From a bacterium (GTDB taxonomy: Bacteria > UBA8248), in assembly GCA_965213625.1 (NCBI GenBank), contig CBDBZU010000004.1, forward strand, positions 3,968,001 through 4,032,000: a DNA stretch of 64,000 nucleotides, written 5' to 3'. The translations under genes were made by a program, and so were the position numbers. This document shows positions 27,362 to 36,309 of the stretch, in pieces. The notes beneath the pieces were generated by a model, which did not search any database, was not told the origin of the DNA, and saw nothing but the letters and a program-made list of their open reading frames with translations. Position 1 is the first letter of the stretch. The number at the start of each line of letters is the position of its first letter.

Positions 27362-27679
27362 GACGGGCCTCCTTTAAAGCTTCTCCTCCTACTTAGAGGA
27401 GAATGGTTCTTTAGTCTATATATAGTACCTCTCATACATTTTCGCACTACATTTTGTGTTAAAATTATGTTAAAAAATTGTGGCTATATGGAGAATTTTT
27501 ATTTTCTCCAATTGTACGAATATAATACGAAAATGCGGGGAGTGCAACCCTTTTTTCTTTCTAATTTGCCTAGCGCCACCATTTCAGTATGTTAAGATAT
27601 TATTATTTATGTTTTCCATTCATTTCTGTAGGACGAAATTCTTGGTCCAGAACTAGTGCAAAGGTGAAAAGGACTCGCC

Positions 27680-28546
27680 GTGATCTTGAGAAATATTTCA
27701 AAAAATATCCTCCACGGTGTTTTTTTTCTCTTCATTTCAACATTTCTGCTCGCAGGATGCGCCGCAGACCATGAAACGAAAACCCCTCGGGGAGAGTTGA
27801 TTCGCGAATGGTTCATGGAATTTCCATGGGGCCGCGTGGAGGCATATGCCGTTTGGCCTCCTGACAGTGGGCATTTTCCCGAGAAACGCTACCCGGCGAT
27901 TCTCCTCCTCCACGGTGCGGACGCCCGGGCCCAAAGATTCAGGCGCGCCATGCTGGATCACGTACAAGATGGCTTCATATTGATGAGCATCTCACTGCCC
28001 GGTTTCGGTGAATCTACCGGTCCGGAAGATTTCGCAGGCCCCAAAAGCGTGCAGGCCACACTGGGCGCAATCCGTTATCTAAGCGCAAGTGAGAAAATCA
28101 GAAAAGACGGCATTTTCGTCTATGGCATCGGCCAAGGCGCTTCGACCGCCGCCCTCGCGGCCGCGAGGAGCGTGAAAATTTCGGGTCTCATTCTTGAAAA
28201 CGGATTTTACGACCTAGAGAAGACCCTCCCGCTCTTAACCCAAAAACAGAAGAGCAGAATACGTGCGCTGCTCGGCGGTACGCCCGCTCAAAAAAATCAT
28301 GCCTACCGAGAACGCTCCCCTATCCGGGTGGCGGGTAAAGTTAAGACCGCGGTATTGCTTCTCCACAGCCAAGGTGGACCCTACCCACTCGACGACGCCG
28401 AGGCTTTCCAAAAAACCATCGCGGAAAAAGGAGGGGTTGCAGAATTACAAAGAATAAAAAACCAGGGCCCATTCGAATCACTCACACACCCCAACACCGC
28501 GAAGTGGGTCATCCCTTTCATCAAGAAAATACTCAAAACGCGCTAA
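27680..28546 (+). CDS. Alpha/beta-hydrolase-fold lipoprotein (S9/DPP-like), nucleophile Ser absent
   Basis: Lipobox LAGC, YPAILLLHG, SLPGFGESTG; the nucleophile elbow reads GIGQG. Confidence 0.8.
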   Translation: MILRNISKNILHGVFFLFISTFLLAGCAADHETKTPRGELIREWFMEFPWGRVEAYAVWPPDSGHFPEKRYPAILLLHGADARAQRFRRAMLDHVQDGFILMSISLPGFGESTGPEDFAGPKSVQATLGAIRYLSASEKIRKDGIFVYGIGQGASTAALAAARSVKISGLILENGFYDLEKTLPLLTQKQKSRIRALLGGTPAQKNHAYRERSPIRVAGKVKTAVLLLHSQGGPYPLDDAEAFQKTIAEKGGVAELQRIKNQGPFESLTHPNTAKWVIPFIKKILKTR

Positions 28547-28559
28547 ACTGAAATATCTT

Positions 28560-29693
28560 CTAGACTTTCTCCCAGGATTCGATTCTGGCCAAGCGATCGT
28601 AAACCGGGGGGTGCGAATGAAAGAGCGCAACCACCCAGCCGGGCGGATCGGGATCCGTCAGGTTTTGTTTGCACAACTTGACGAGGGCGGAAGACAAACC
28701 GCCCCGCGCTTCGGCGTATTCGGTGGAATAGCGATCGCAGTGGTATTCAAAAGCGCGTGAAATCACGAGAAACAAAGGAGACACGACCGCTCCCAGGAGA
28801 CTCAGCACAATCCATAAAACCACGACGCAAGCGGACTCTCCGGGCTGCACGAGAGCAGGGTCCACCCAATTCCCCAGCCATTCCAGTGCGTAGCTCGAGG
28901 TATACATCCCGAAAACAAGCATTACACTTTTCATTGCAATAAGAGCCGGGATGTGACGACTCACGTGATGCGCGATTTCATGGGCGAGGATCGCTTCGAT
29001 CTCATCGGGCGTGAAATCGAGCAGGGTATCGGAGAGCACCACCCGCCGGGATGGACCCCAACCGACAAGAGCAGCGTTCGCCGTCTTGCTCTTTGAACTC
29101 ATATCCATCTCCCACACGCCGCCGTACACATTCGCCCTCGTTCTCTCCAGTAAGGCGAGGAGCCGCTCCTTGAGGTCTTCATCTTCCAGGGGCTTGAAAC
29201 GGAAGAAAATGGGCGCGAGCAGTACCGGAGCGATGAGGGAGATAAATATGACCAGCAAGACCGAAGCCAGCGCGGCTATCCACCACCAATCGGCCGGCCA
29301 CGTGGTCATGATCATCAAAAAAATACCGCTGGCCGAGCCACCCAAAAACAGCAAAAGCGCAATCCCCTTGCATCTGTCCCAACACCAGCCAACTGGTGAT
29401 TGGTTCGATAAATTCTCCCGGAGGGCGAGCTTGTAGCCCCCGTAGAAGTCAAAGGGTAAAGAGACCAGTGTTTTCGAGAGGGCAATGAGAGAGAAAGTAG
29501 CAAATCCACTCACGAACGCTCCGTCCGCAGGCTTCCCGGCCTCTGCGCCCAGATACCAGAACAAAAACGCGAGCACGACGCCGAACTCGAGGGCGGAGGA
29601 CGTCAACCCCGCATACAAGCGCCGCATCTGATACAACCTCGCGCGCCTGAGGAAATCATCCTCGAAAACAGGAAATCCGTCGATATTCCGCAT
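28560..29693 (-). CDS. M48 family (Ste24/HtpX) zinc metallopeptidase
   Basis: DMSSKSKTANAA, RRVVLSDTLL, AILAHEIAH, EYHCD and HSHPP. Confidence 0.92.
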   Translation of the reverse strand: MRNIDGFPVFEDDFLRRARLYQMRRLYAGLTSSALEFGVVLAFLFWYLGAEAGKPADGAFVSGFATFSLIALSKTLVSLPFDFYGGYKLALRENLSNQSPVGWCWDRCKGIALLLFLGGSASGIFLMIMTTWPADWWWIAALASVLLVIFISLIAPVLLAPIFFRFKPLEDEDLKERLLALLERTRANVYGGVWEMDMSSKSKTANAALVGWGPSRRVVLSDTLLDFTPDEIEAILAHEIAHHVSRHIPALIAMKSVMLVFGMYTSSYALEWLGNWVDPALVQPGESACVVVLWIVLSLLGAVVSPLFLVISRAFEYHCDRYSTEYAEARGGLSSALVKLCKQNLTDPDPPGWVVALFHSHPPVYDRLARIESWEKV

Positions 29694-29871
29694 GTCGGCT
29701 CAGTCTATGGTCGTGTGCGATGGTTCAAAAAAGCTGGAAAATGACAAGTCGATAATTTGGCAAATCACTTGCGAATATGCAAATATACTCTCCACCAAGT
29801 GGATTATAAAAAACCGAGTGTTTAATACCCGACTCCCGGAGACGGGGGCCGGAAGCCGGGGGGTCCATTCT

Positions 29872-30906
29872 TTGTCCCGTCATTTCATCGATATGAGAAG
29901 CGACACCGCAACGCGCCCCACGCAGGCGATGCGCCAGGCCATCGCCGAGGCTCAAGTAGGCGACGACACGCTAAGAGAGGACCCGAGCGTCAACGAACTC
30001 ATCGAAAAGGCGGCTTCCCTGTTCGACAAGGAAGACGGCCTTTTCGTGTCATCGGGCTCGCTGGCCAATCAACTGGCCATCAAGGTTCACACGAACCCGG
30101 GCGATGAGATCATCGCAGATTCTCATTGCCACCCCTTTCGAAACGAACTGGGCGCAGGCCCTTTCTTATCGGGCGTTCAATTCGCCCTGATCTCGGCGAA
30201 CCGCGGGACATACGCCCGTGAAGATGCCGAGAAATGGCTTCGACCCGCAGGAAGGTACCCGAAAAGCGCCCTGCTATGGGTGGAGAACACGCACAACCAG
30301 GGCGGCGGCCACGTGTTTCCCCTCGAAAAACTCGACGAGTTGCGCGCCTTTTCGAAAGAGCTGAACATCCCCCTGCATATAGACGGCGCCCGCATCTTCA
30401 ACGCAATCGTCGCATCCGGCATCCCCCCAAAGGAATGGGCGAGGCGCTGTGATTCGATGTGCTTTTGCTTCTCCAAGGGATTGGGATGTCCCGTGGGGTC
30501 CATTCTGCTCGGGGGGAAGGCGTTCATTCAAGAAGCGCGCCGCTACTGGAAAATGTGGGGCGGCGGCTGGCGCCAGGCGGGTATTCTCGCCGCTGCGGGG
30601 CTTTACGCCCTGGAGCATCATGTGGAGCGCCTGGCGGACGACCACGCCAACGCCCAGCTATTCTCGGAACTTACCGCCGGAGTCCCGGGCATTCGGCCTG
30701 TTCATGACACCACGCCCACCAACCTCGTATTCCTGGACATTTCGGAAACCGGCAAGACGGCGCAACGAATCAACGAGGCGATGATGGAAAAAGGCGTCGC
30801 CTTCTCCATTCCGAACGCGAAAATGCTCCGCGCCGTCACTCATCTGGACGTATCGATGGAAGACGTGCAAACAGCCGCTCAGGTTCTGGCGGATTCGGTG
30901 AGATGA
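29872..30906 (+). CDS. ltaE: Low-specificity L-threonine aldolase
   Basis: IDMRSDT, VGDD...EDP, ENTHN, HIDGARIFNA and CFSKGLG (PLP Lys). Probable TTG start at 29872. Confidence 0.9.
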   Translation: MSRHFIDMRSDTATRPTQAMRQAIAEAQVGDDTLREDPSVNELIEKAASLFDKEDGLFVSSGSLANQLAIKVHTNPGDEIIADSHCHPFRNELGAGPFLSGVQFALISANRGTYAREDAEKWLRPAGRYPKSALLWVENTHNQGGGHVFPLEKLDELRAFSKELNIPLHIDGARIFNAIVASGIPPKEWARRCDSMCFCFSKGLGCPVGSILLGGKAFIQEARRYWKMWGGGWRQAGILAAAGLYALEHHVERLADDHANAQLFSELTAGVPGIRPVHDTTPTNLVFLDISETGKTAQRINEAMMEKGVAFSIPNAKMLRAVTHLDVSMEDVQTAAQVLADSVR

Positions 30907-31685
30907 GCTCTATCGCTCGGGTCACCGTTCTGGGCTGCGGCACTTCCACCGGCGTTCCCTCCATCGGGTGCAAAACCGCCGCATGTCTTTCGGATGACCC
31001 AAGGAACAAGCGACTGCGTCCGAGCATCATCATCGAACACGACGGGGGAAACCTGCTGGTGGATACAGGCCCGGATCTGCGCGAGCAGGCCCTCAGACAC
31101 CAAATCACCCGCGTTGACGCCGTAGTCTATACCCACTATCACGCGGACCATACCCACGGTATCGACGATTTGCGCGCCTTTAATTTTTTGATGGGTAAGC
31201 CGATTCCCTGTTATGCCTATCCCAATACGGTGAAGATTCTCCGTCAGAATTTCAGCTACATTTTCAATCACGCGAGAGACTACAGCGGCTTCAAGCCGCA
31301 ACTCACGCTGGCAGAGATTGGAGAATCTCCTTTTGTGGTGGGCGGCATGAACGTCGTTCCCTTCGAACTCGAACACGCCGGAATGAAAGTAATGGGACTG
31401 CGCGTGGGGGACTTCGCCTACGCCACGGACTGCAACGCCATTCCGGAGCAATCCATGGAAATCCTGAAAGGAGTGCGCGTCCTCATCCTGGACGCTCTGC
31501 GCCACCGGGAGCACCCCTCACACTTCACGGTCGCCGAGGCGCTGGAAATCGTCGAGGAGCTCAAGCCCGAGCAGACGTATTTCACCCACACCAATTTCGA
31601 GTTGGAATACTACGAAACGAACCGGAGCCTGCCCAGCGGAGTCGAACTTGCCTATGACGGGCAGAGTTTCGATGTCTACTTGTAG
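30903..31685 (+). CDS. MBL-fold hydrolase, PhnP/phosphoribosyl cyclic phosphodiesterase-like
   Basis: LGCGTSTGVP, VDTGPDLREQ, THYHADHTHG, YATD and HPSHF. Confidence 0.9.
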   Translation: MSSIARVTVLGCGTSTGVPSIGCKTAACLSDDPRNKRLRPSIIIEHDGGNLLVDTGPDLREQALRHQITRVDAVVYTHYHADHTHGIDDLRAFNFLMGKPIPCYAYPNTVKILRQNFSYIFNHARDYSGFKPQLTLAEIGESPFVVGGMNVVPFELEHAGMKVMGLRVGDFAYATDCNAIPEQSMEILKGVRVLILDALRHREHPSHFTVAEALEIVEELKPEQTYFTHTNFELEYYETNRSLPSGVELAYDGQSFDVYL

Positions 31686-31694
31686 GAACTTGCG

Positions 31695-32519
31695 CTAGGC
31701 GTCGCCCGCGTCTTCGGGAATTTCCTTTGTTTCATCCATGCGCCTCTCGCTTTCCGCCTGGCAGAGATCCGAAAACAAGAGATATCCCGCCAGATAATAT
31801 GAGATCGAAGTCACCATAACGCCCGTCTGGAGCAGGACTTGCCCCAGGAGACCCGCGCCGAATATCCCCTGAATCAGTTGCCAAAGAATGAACCAGACCA
31901 GCAAATATGTCATCGCCAGGACGACGACGGTTCTCTCGCCTCCGCTCGATATCGTACCTGCGCGCCGGAAAGCCTGGGCGAAGTCATCACCATACAACAG
32001 TGCAGTCAGCGTACAGAAATAATACCGAACCGCAGGCGTGAGAACGAGAAAAATCGTGACGGCGAACGAAAACGGAAGCCCGATGGGAGAGTCTCCGAAC
32101 AGAAAACCGAAGATGAACAACGCCGCCGCAAACCCGATCACGCCCAGCAATTGCAAGCCAAAGGTATACGCCAAGTCCACCTTGGCGACGGATTTGAGGC
32201 GATTCACGGCCTCGGCGATATCCCAAACGGCCCCATCGCCCGTGCGCTCTGACTCGACCCGCAAAATCAGGAGAATGAACAAGAACACCTGCAATACACG
32301 CAAGAGAAGCTGGGAGGCGATCATGAGCGGGAACAACAGCATGAGGTTCGCTTCGGGTTCCATCAGCGACTTGATAGAAGGATGCAAGGAGAGCGCAATC
32401 ATGGATACGGGCACGTAAATTGCGACGAAAAGGCGGGTAATCTGCGCAAAAGCCGACGCATGGTTGCGCACGCCGTACTCGATATATCTGGAAAGGGGTC
32501 CGAGCGCTGTATCTTTCAT
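31695..32519 (-). CDS. Hypothetical polytopic membrane protein
   Basis: About 6 hydrophobic segments; no motif recognised. Confidence 0.7.
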   Translation of the reverse strand: MKDTALGPLSRYIEYGVRNHASAFAQITRLFVAIYVPVSMIALSLHPSIKSLMEPEANLMLLFPLMIASQLLLRVLQVFLFILLILRVESERTGDGAVWDIAEAVNRLKSVAKVDLAYTFGLQLLGVIGFAAALFIFGFLFGDSPIGLPFSFAVTIFLVLTPAVRYYFCTLTALLYGDDFAQAFRRAGTISSGGERTVVVLAMTYLLVWFILWQLIQGIFGAGLLGQVLLQTGVMVTSISYYLAGYLLFSDLCQAESERRMDETKEIPEDAGDA

Positions 32520-32702
32520 ATAAAAAACAAACCCTTAGAAGAATATGGCCATTTGCACCTGCGTTGATCTTCATCCTTCAGGAACGATACACTAGGAACC
32601 TGCATCCGCCGCCCTGCGAATCGCGAGACCGCGCGTGGAAACCAACCCGCAATCGATAACGACACTATACTCGCTCATGATGAGGAATAGAAGGCAAACC
32701 CC

Positions 32703-33491
32703 ATGAGTACCGCGACAATGGTGACGCAAGGCATCCGGGCGCTTGGCCGGCGCGCGATGGAGATTATCGCCGGCATGGGAAGCGCCGCGATCTTCCTGCT
32801 CGAATCCGTACGGTGGATTTTCGCACCGCCCTGGCGACCATCGCTCTTGATCCGCCAGATTTACATTATCGGCACTGGTTCGCTCTCCATCGTCTTGCTG
32901 AGCGGCCTGTTCACCGGAATGGTGCTGGCGCTACAGGGCATTTACGCTTTCAGAAAATTCGGCTCCGAAGCCTTTCTCGGTCCCGCAGTCGCATTCAGCC
33001 TTATCCGCGAACTCGGGCCCGTGCTCACCGCGCTCGTCGTAACCGGAAGGGCGGGCTCCGCTATGACGGCCGAAATCGGCATCATGCAAATTACCGAACA
33101 AGTGGACGCCTTGAAAAGCATGGCCGTGAACCCCCTGCAGCGCCTCGTCTCTCCCCGGCTGCTCGCGGGCGTGATAGTATTTCCCCTGCTGACGGCGCTT
33201 TGCGACCTCATCGGCATATTCGGTGCCTACCTCGTGGGCGTGGAACTGATGGGCCTGAGTTCGGGCACCTTTTTCGGAGAAATGCAGGACAAGATTGAAA
33301 TGGTCGACATCACTGTAGGCTTCTGGAAGTCCATCGTCTTCGGCCTGATCGTCACATGGGTCTGCTGCTATAAGGGGTATCACTGCGGTCACGGGGCCGA
33401 GGGAGTGGGCAAGGCGACCACCTCTGCCGTTGTGCTCTCTTCCGTCCTGATACTGGTGGGTGATTATTTCCTCACCTCGATTCTCATTTGA
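32703..33491 (+). CDS. mlaE: MlaE family lipid ABC transporter permease
   Basis: RELGPVLTALVVTGRAGSAMTAEIG and EQVDAL. Confidence 0.95.
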   Translation: MSTATMVTQGIRALGRRAMEIIAGMGSAAIFLLESVRWIFAPPWRPSLLIRQIYIIGTGSLSIVLLSGLFTGMVLALQGIYAFRKFGSEAFLGPAVAFSLIRELGPVLTALVVTGRAGSAMTAEIGIMQITEQVDALKSMAVNPLQRLVSPRLLAGVIVFPLLTALCDLIGIFGAYLVGVELMGLSSGTFFGEMQDKIEMVDITVGFWKSIVFGLIVTWVCCYKGYHCGHGAEGVGKATTSAVVLSSVLILVGDYFLTSILI

Positions 33492-33952
33492 AGAAGGAAC
33501 GGGCCTTGTACCGAAAAAACGTGGAATTCGGCGTCGGCATATTCGTTCTGGCGGGAATCCTCGCGCTCGCCTATCTCTCGATCAATCTCGGCGGCCTGGA
33601 AATTTTCGATGACGGCACCTATGAAGTCTCGGCGAATTTCACGACCGCCACGGGTTTGAGAAAGGGCGCGTCGGTGGAAATGGCAGGCGTACGCGTCGGA
33701 CGTGTGAGCGGAATCTCCCTCGACGGGGAGGATGCAAAAATTTCGCTCCGCATCAATGAACACTTAAAACTATCGCGGGATTCCATCGCCTCCATCCGCA
33801 CGAAAGGTGTTCTCGGCGACAAATACGTGAGCTTAAGCCAAGGGGGGGCGGAAAAAATCATCCCTCCGGGCGGACGAATCCGCGAGACGGAACCCCCGGT
33901 TGACATCGAGAAACTCATCGGCGACTTTGTTTTCGGCAAGGTGAAGAAATAA
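33488..33952 (+). CDS. mlaD: MlaD (MCE domain) protein
   Basis: GLRKGASVEMAGVRVGRV and IRTKGVLGDKYV. Confidence 0.93.
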   Translation: MKKERALYRKNVEFGVGIFVLAGILALAYLSINLGGLEIFDDGTYEVSANFTTATGLRKGASVEMAGVRVGRVSGISLDGEDAKISLRINEHLKLSRDSIASIRTKGVLGDKYVSLSQGGAEKIIPPGGRIRETEPPVDIEKLIGDFVFGKVKK

Positions 33953-34125
33953 AGGGCCATCGCCGCCTGAAGCAACGACAGACAATGGCCTAGTACCCCC
34001 CTCTCCAGCGAGGGATTCGCGCAGTTTGATTCAGCATCAAGAGGGCCGGCTCAAACAAAAACATCTTGTCATCATCCCGGTTTCGCCACTCCCGGATTCA
34101 GGATTTTACCGTACGAGGAGGACCC

Positions 34126-34731
34126 ATGTTGTCGAAAAAGCGTTTGCCGCTGCTCATCGCCACACTTCTCACCTGTTTGCTTCTCACGCCTCCCGCCCAA
34201 GCGGGAGAGCCGTCCGAAGTTGTGCGCAAGGGGATCCACGGGGTGCTGGAGATCCTCGGCCAACCCGAATTGAAAACTCCCGAGAAAAAAGCGGAGCGCA
34301 GAAACCAAATGCGCAAAGTCATTCACCGTTATTTCGATTTCGAAGAAATGTCCAGGCGAAGCCTTGCGAGGGCGTGGAGAAAACGCACACCCAATGAGAA
34401 GTCCGAATTCATCGAGCTATTCAGCTATTTCATGGAGCGCAACTACGCCGGCACGCTGGAAAGCTACACCAATGAGAAAGTTGTTCTCGGCAAAGAAACC
34501 ATCGACGCGGAATTCGCCAAGGTCGACACCGTCATTATCACAACGGACAAGAAAGAAGTAGATATCTTCTACCGCCTGCACAAAGTAGGTGGGGAATGGC
34601 GCGTCTACGACGTTGTAGTGGAGGGCGTAAGCCTGGTGAAAAACTACCGCGACCAGTTCCGTTCCATCATCCGGAGAACTTCCTACGCCAACCTCGTGAA
34701 AATCCTCCGGGCCAAGCGAGACGAGGGCTAG
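34126..34731 (+). CDS. mlaC: MlaC/Ttg2D phospholipid-binding protein
   Basis: Signal peptide, FDFEEMSRRSL and WRVYDVVVEGVSLVKNYRDQF. ATG 34126 follows GAGGAGG. Confidence 0.92.
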   Translation: MLSKKRLPLLIATLLTCLLLTPPAQAGEPSEVVRKGIHGVLEILGQPELKTPEKKAERRNQMRKVIHRYFDFEEMSRRSLARAWRKRTPNEKSEFIELFSYFMERNYAGTLESYTNEKVVLGKETIDAEFAKVDTVIITTDKKEVDIFYRLHKVGGEWRVYDVVVEGVSLVKNYRDQFRSIIRRTSYANLVKILRAKRDEG

Positions 34732-35059
34732 TGGGGTCGCCCGCAGCGGGCGGTCTGCCCGGCACGCGGGGAAGCGGATATTTGCGGTTAACTTCCGCAT
34801 GGTTTCGAAGTCCCATCGCCTCTCTTTGCACGATGAGGAAATACCGGTAGCGCTCCGCCTCATCCATCGCGTGATGGAGGGCGCGCTCTAGCCTTTCCCT
34901 GATTTTATCGCTGAACTCCTGACCCTTTTCCCATGCGCGCCAGGCGGCCCATGCCCTTTGATGACGCTTGGAGAACTCGCTGCCGATGCGGCCGAGCGAA
35001 GTGGCCATTTCCTCGGCTATCTCGCGCTCCACGGCCAGGGGTTTGAATTTTCCGCTCAT
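34667..35059 (-). CDS. DUF6665-like hypothetical protein
   Basis: EREIAEEMATSLGRIG...YFLIVQREAMGLRNH; the 3' end overlaps mlaC. Confidence 0.7.
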   Translation of the reverse strand: MSGKFKPLAVEREIAEEMATSLGRIGSEFSKRHQRAWAAWRAWEKGQEFSDKIRERLERALHHAMDEAERYRYFLIVQREAMGLRNHAEVNRKYPLPRVPGRPPAAGDPTSPRLAWPGGFSRGWRRKFSG

Positions 35060-35063
35060 GATT

Positions 35064-36263
35064 CTACGCCGTTTCCTTGGGCAGTCCGAGAGAGAGGAAC
35101 GAGCCCACGACGCCGAACGCCATGCAAACCAGCGGCAGGGCCGTTTCCACGCCGATGTAGTCGGCGAGGCCGCCCACGGCGATCATCCCGATGCTCGCCA
35201 CGAACCAGACCACGCCGAGCATAAAACTGCTTACCAGGGCGGCGTGTTCGGGAGCGATTTCCTGCGCGTACGTCACGGAAACTCCCATCTGCGCGTAGAA
35301 TGCCGCACCCGAGAGTATGACGAAGACAGTCCGCAATGGCTCGTCAAACAGAAAGGCCATGCCCAACGCGGGCGTACCCACGCAGATGGCCATGATCGTC
35401 ACGATCCGTCTGCCGAAGATGTCGGAGAGATGCCCGCCGTAGATGCCGCCCACCGCCGCGGCGACCAGGAACAGGGTAATGGCCGTTCCGCCCGCGGCCA
35501 GCGAACCACCCTTGGCGATGATGTATATCGGCAAGAATACCTGCACCGTCATCGTCACCGTGGTGCGGCAGAGATTCACGACCCACAGCAGAAAAAGCGG
35601 ACGGAACACGAGCCTGAGCATACGCATCGTCTGCGTGAAACTCTGCGGCGCGCCGCTTCCCACCTCCCGGATAGGTGGAGAGAAGAAAAGCAAAGGCGCC
35701 CCGATGATAATGCCGACGAGGCTCGCATAGGGTATCGCGTCTATCCCCCAACGGATGACGATGAACGTCGCCATCCCGGATCCCAGACCAACGCCCAGTC
35801 GACCGCCGGCGACGTAGAGCGACATACCGAACCCTTTTCTCGCGCCCGCTGACTGCCCGGCGATGACCGAAGCTACGGGATGAAAACAAGCCGACCCCGA
35901 GCCCGCGATCAGCATGAGAAGCATAAGCATCCAGAAATTCGGCATGTAGAGCATGAACGCCAAGAGCGCGCCGCCCAGTGGACCGAGCGCCAGTAGCCAC
36001 CCTTTTTTGATCCTGTCGGCGAAATAGCCGAAAAGGGGCTGGCCCACGGCGCCGGTGATGGAAAGCGTGGTGGCCAGAAGACCCGCCAGGCTCAATGGCA
36101 GGTCCAAGCGTTCCACGATGAGAGGTAGCAGCGGCGGGAGAAAACCGAAATAGCTGTCGTTCGCGACGTGGGCGACGATAAGCAGGGAAATTCTTCTTTT
36201 CTTGAGGCGCTCTGGAACCGCACCCGCCACGGCCGTATCACTCAAAGACGTTCTCCGAAACAA
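35064..36263 (-). CDS. MFS transporter (Fsr-like)
   Basis: HVANDSY, QPLFGYFADR, SACFHP and GHLSDIFGRR. Start uncertain. Confidence 0.9.
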   Translation of the reverse strand: MFRRTSLSDTAVAGAVPERLKKRRISLLIVAHVANDSYFGFLPPLLPLIVERLDLPLSLAGLLATTLSITGAVGQPLFGYFADRIKKGWLLALGPLGGALLAFMLYMPNFWMLMLLMLIAGSGSACFHPVASVIAGQSAGARKGFGMSLYVAGGRLGVGLGSGMATFIVIRWGIDAIPYASLVGIIIGAPLLFFSPPIREVGSGAPQSFTQTMRMLRLVFRPLFLLWVVNLCRTTVTMTVQVFLPIYIIAKGGSLAAGGTAITLFLVAAAVGGIYGGHLSDIFGRRIVTIMAICVGTPALGMAFLFDEPLRTVFVILSGAAFYAQMGVSVTYAQEIAPEHAALVSSFMLGVVWFVASIGMIAVGGLADYIGVETALPLVCMAFGVVGSFLSLGLPKETA

Positions 36264-36309
36264 AATTGCTGCGATGAACCCGCCTGAACCGGGCGCGGAT
36301 GTGAGGCGA

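Noticed and set aside
27451-27478. TTATGTTAAA resembling the XerD arm of a dif site, or a CtrA box
   Set aside because: There is no XerC arm at the 6-bp spacing and the gene content is not alphaproteobacterial. It is better read as a direct repeat.
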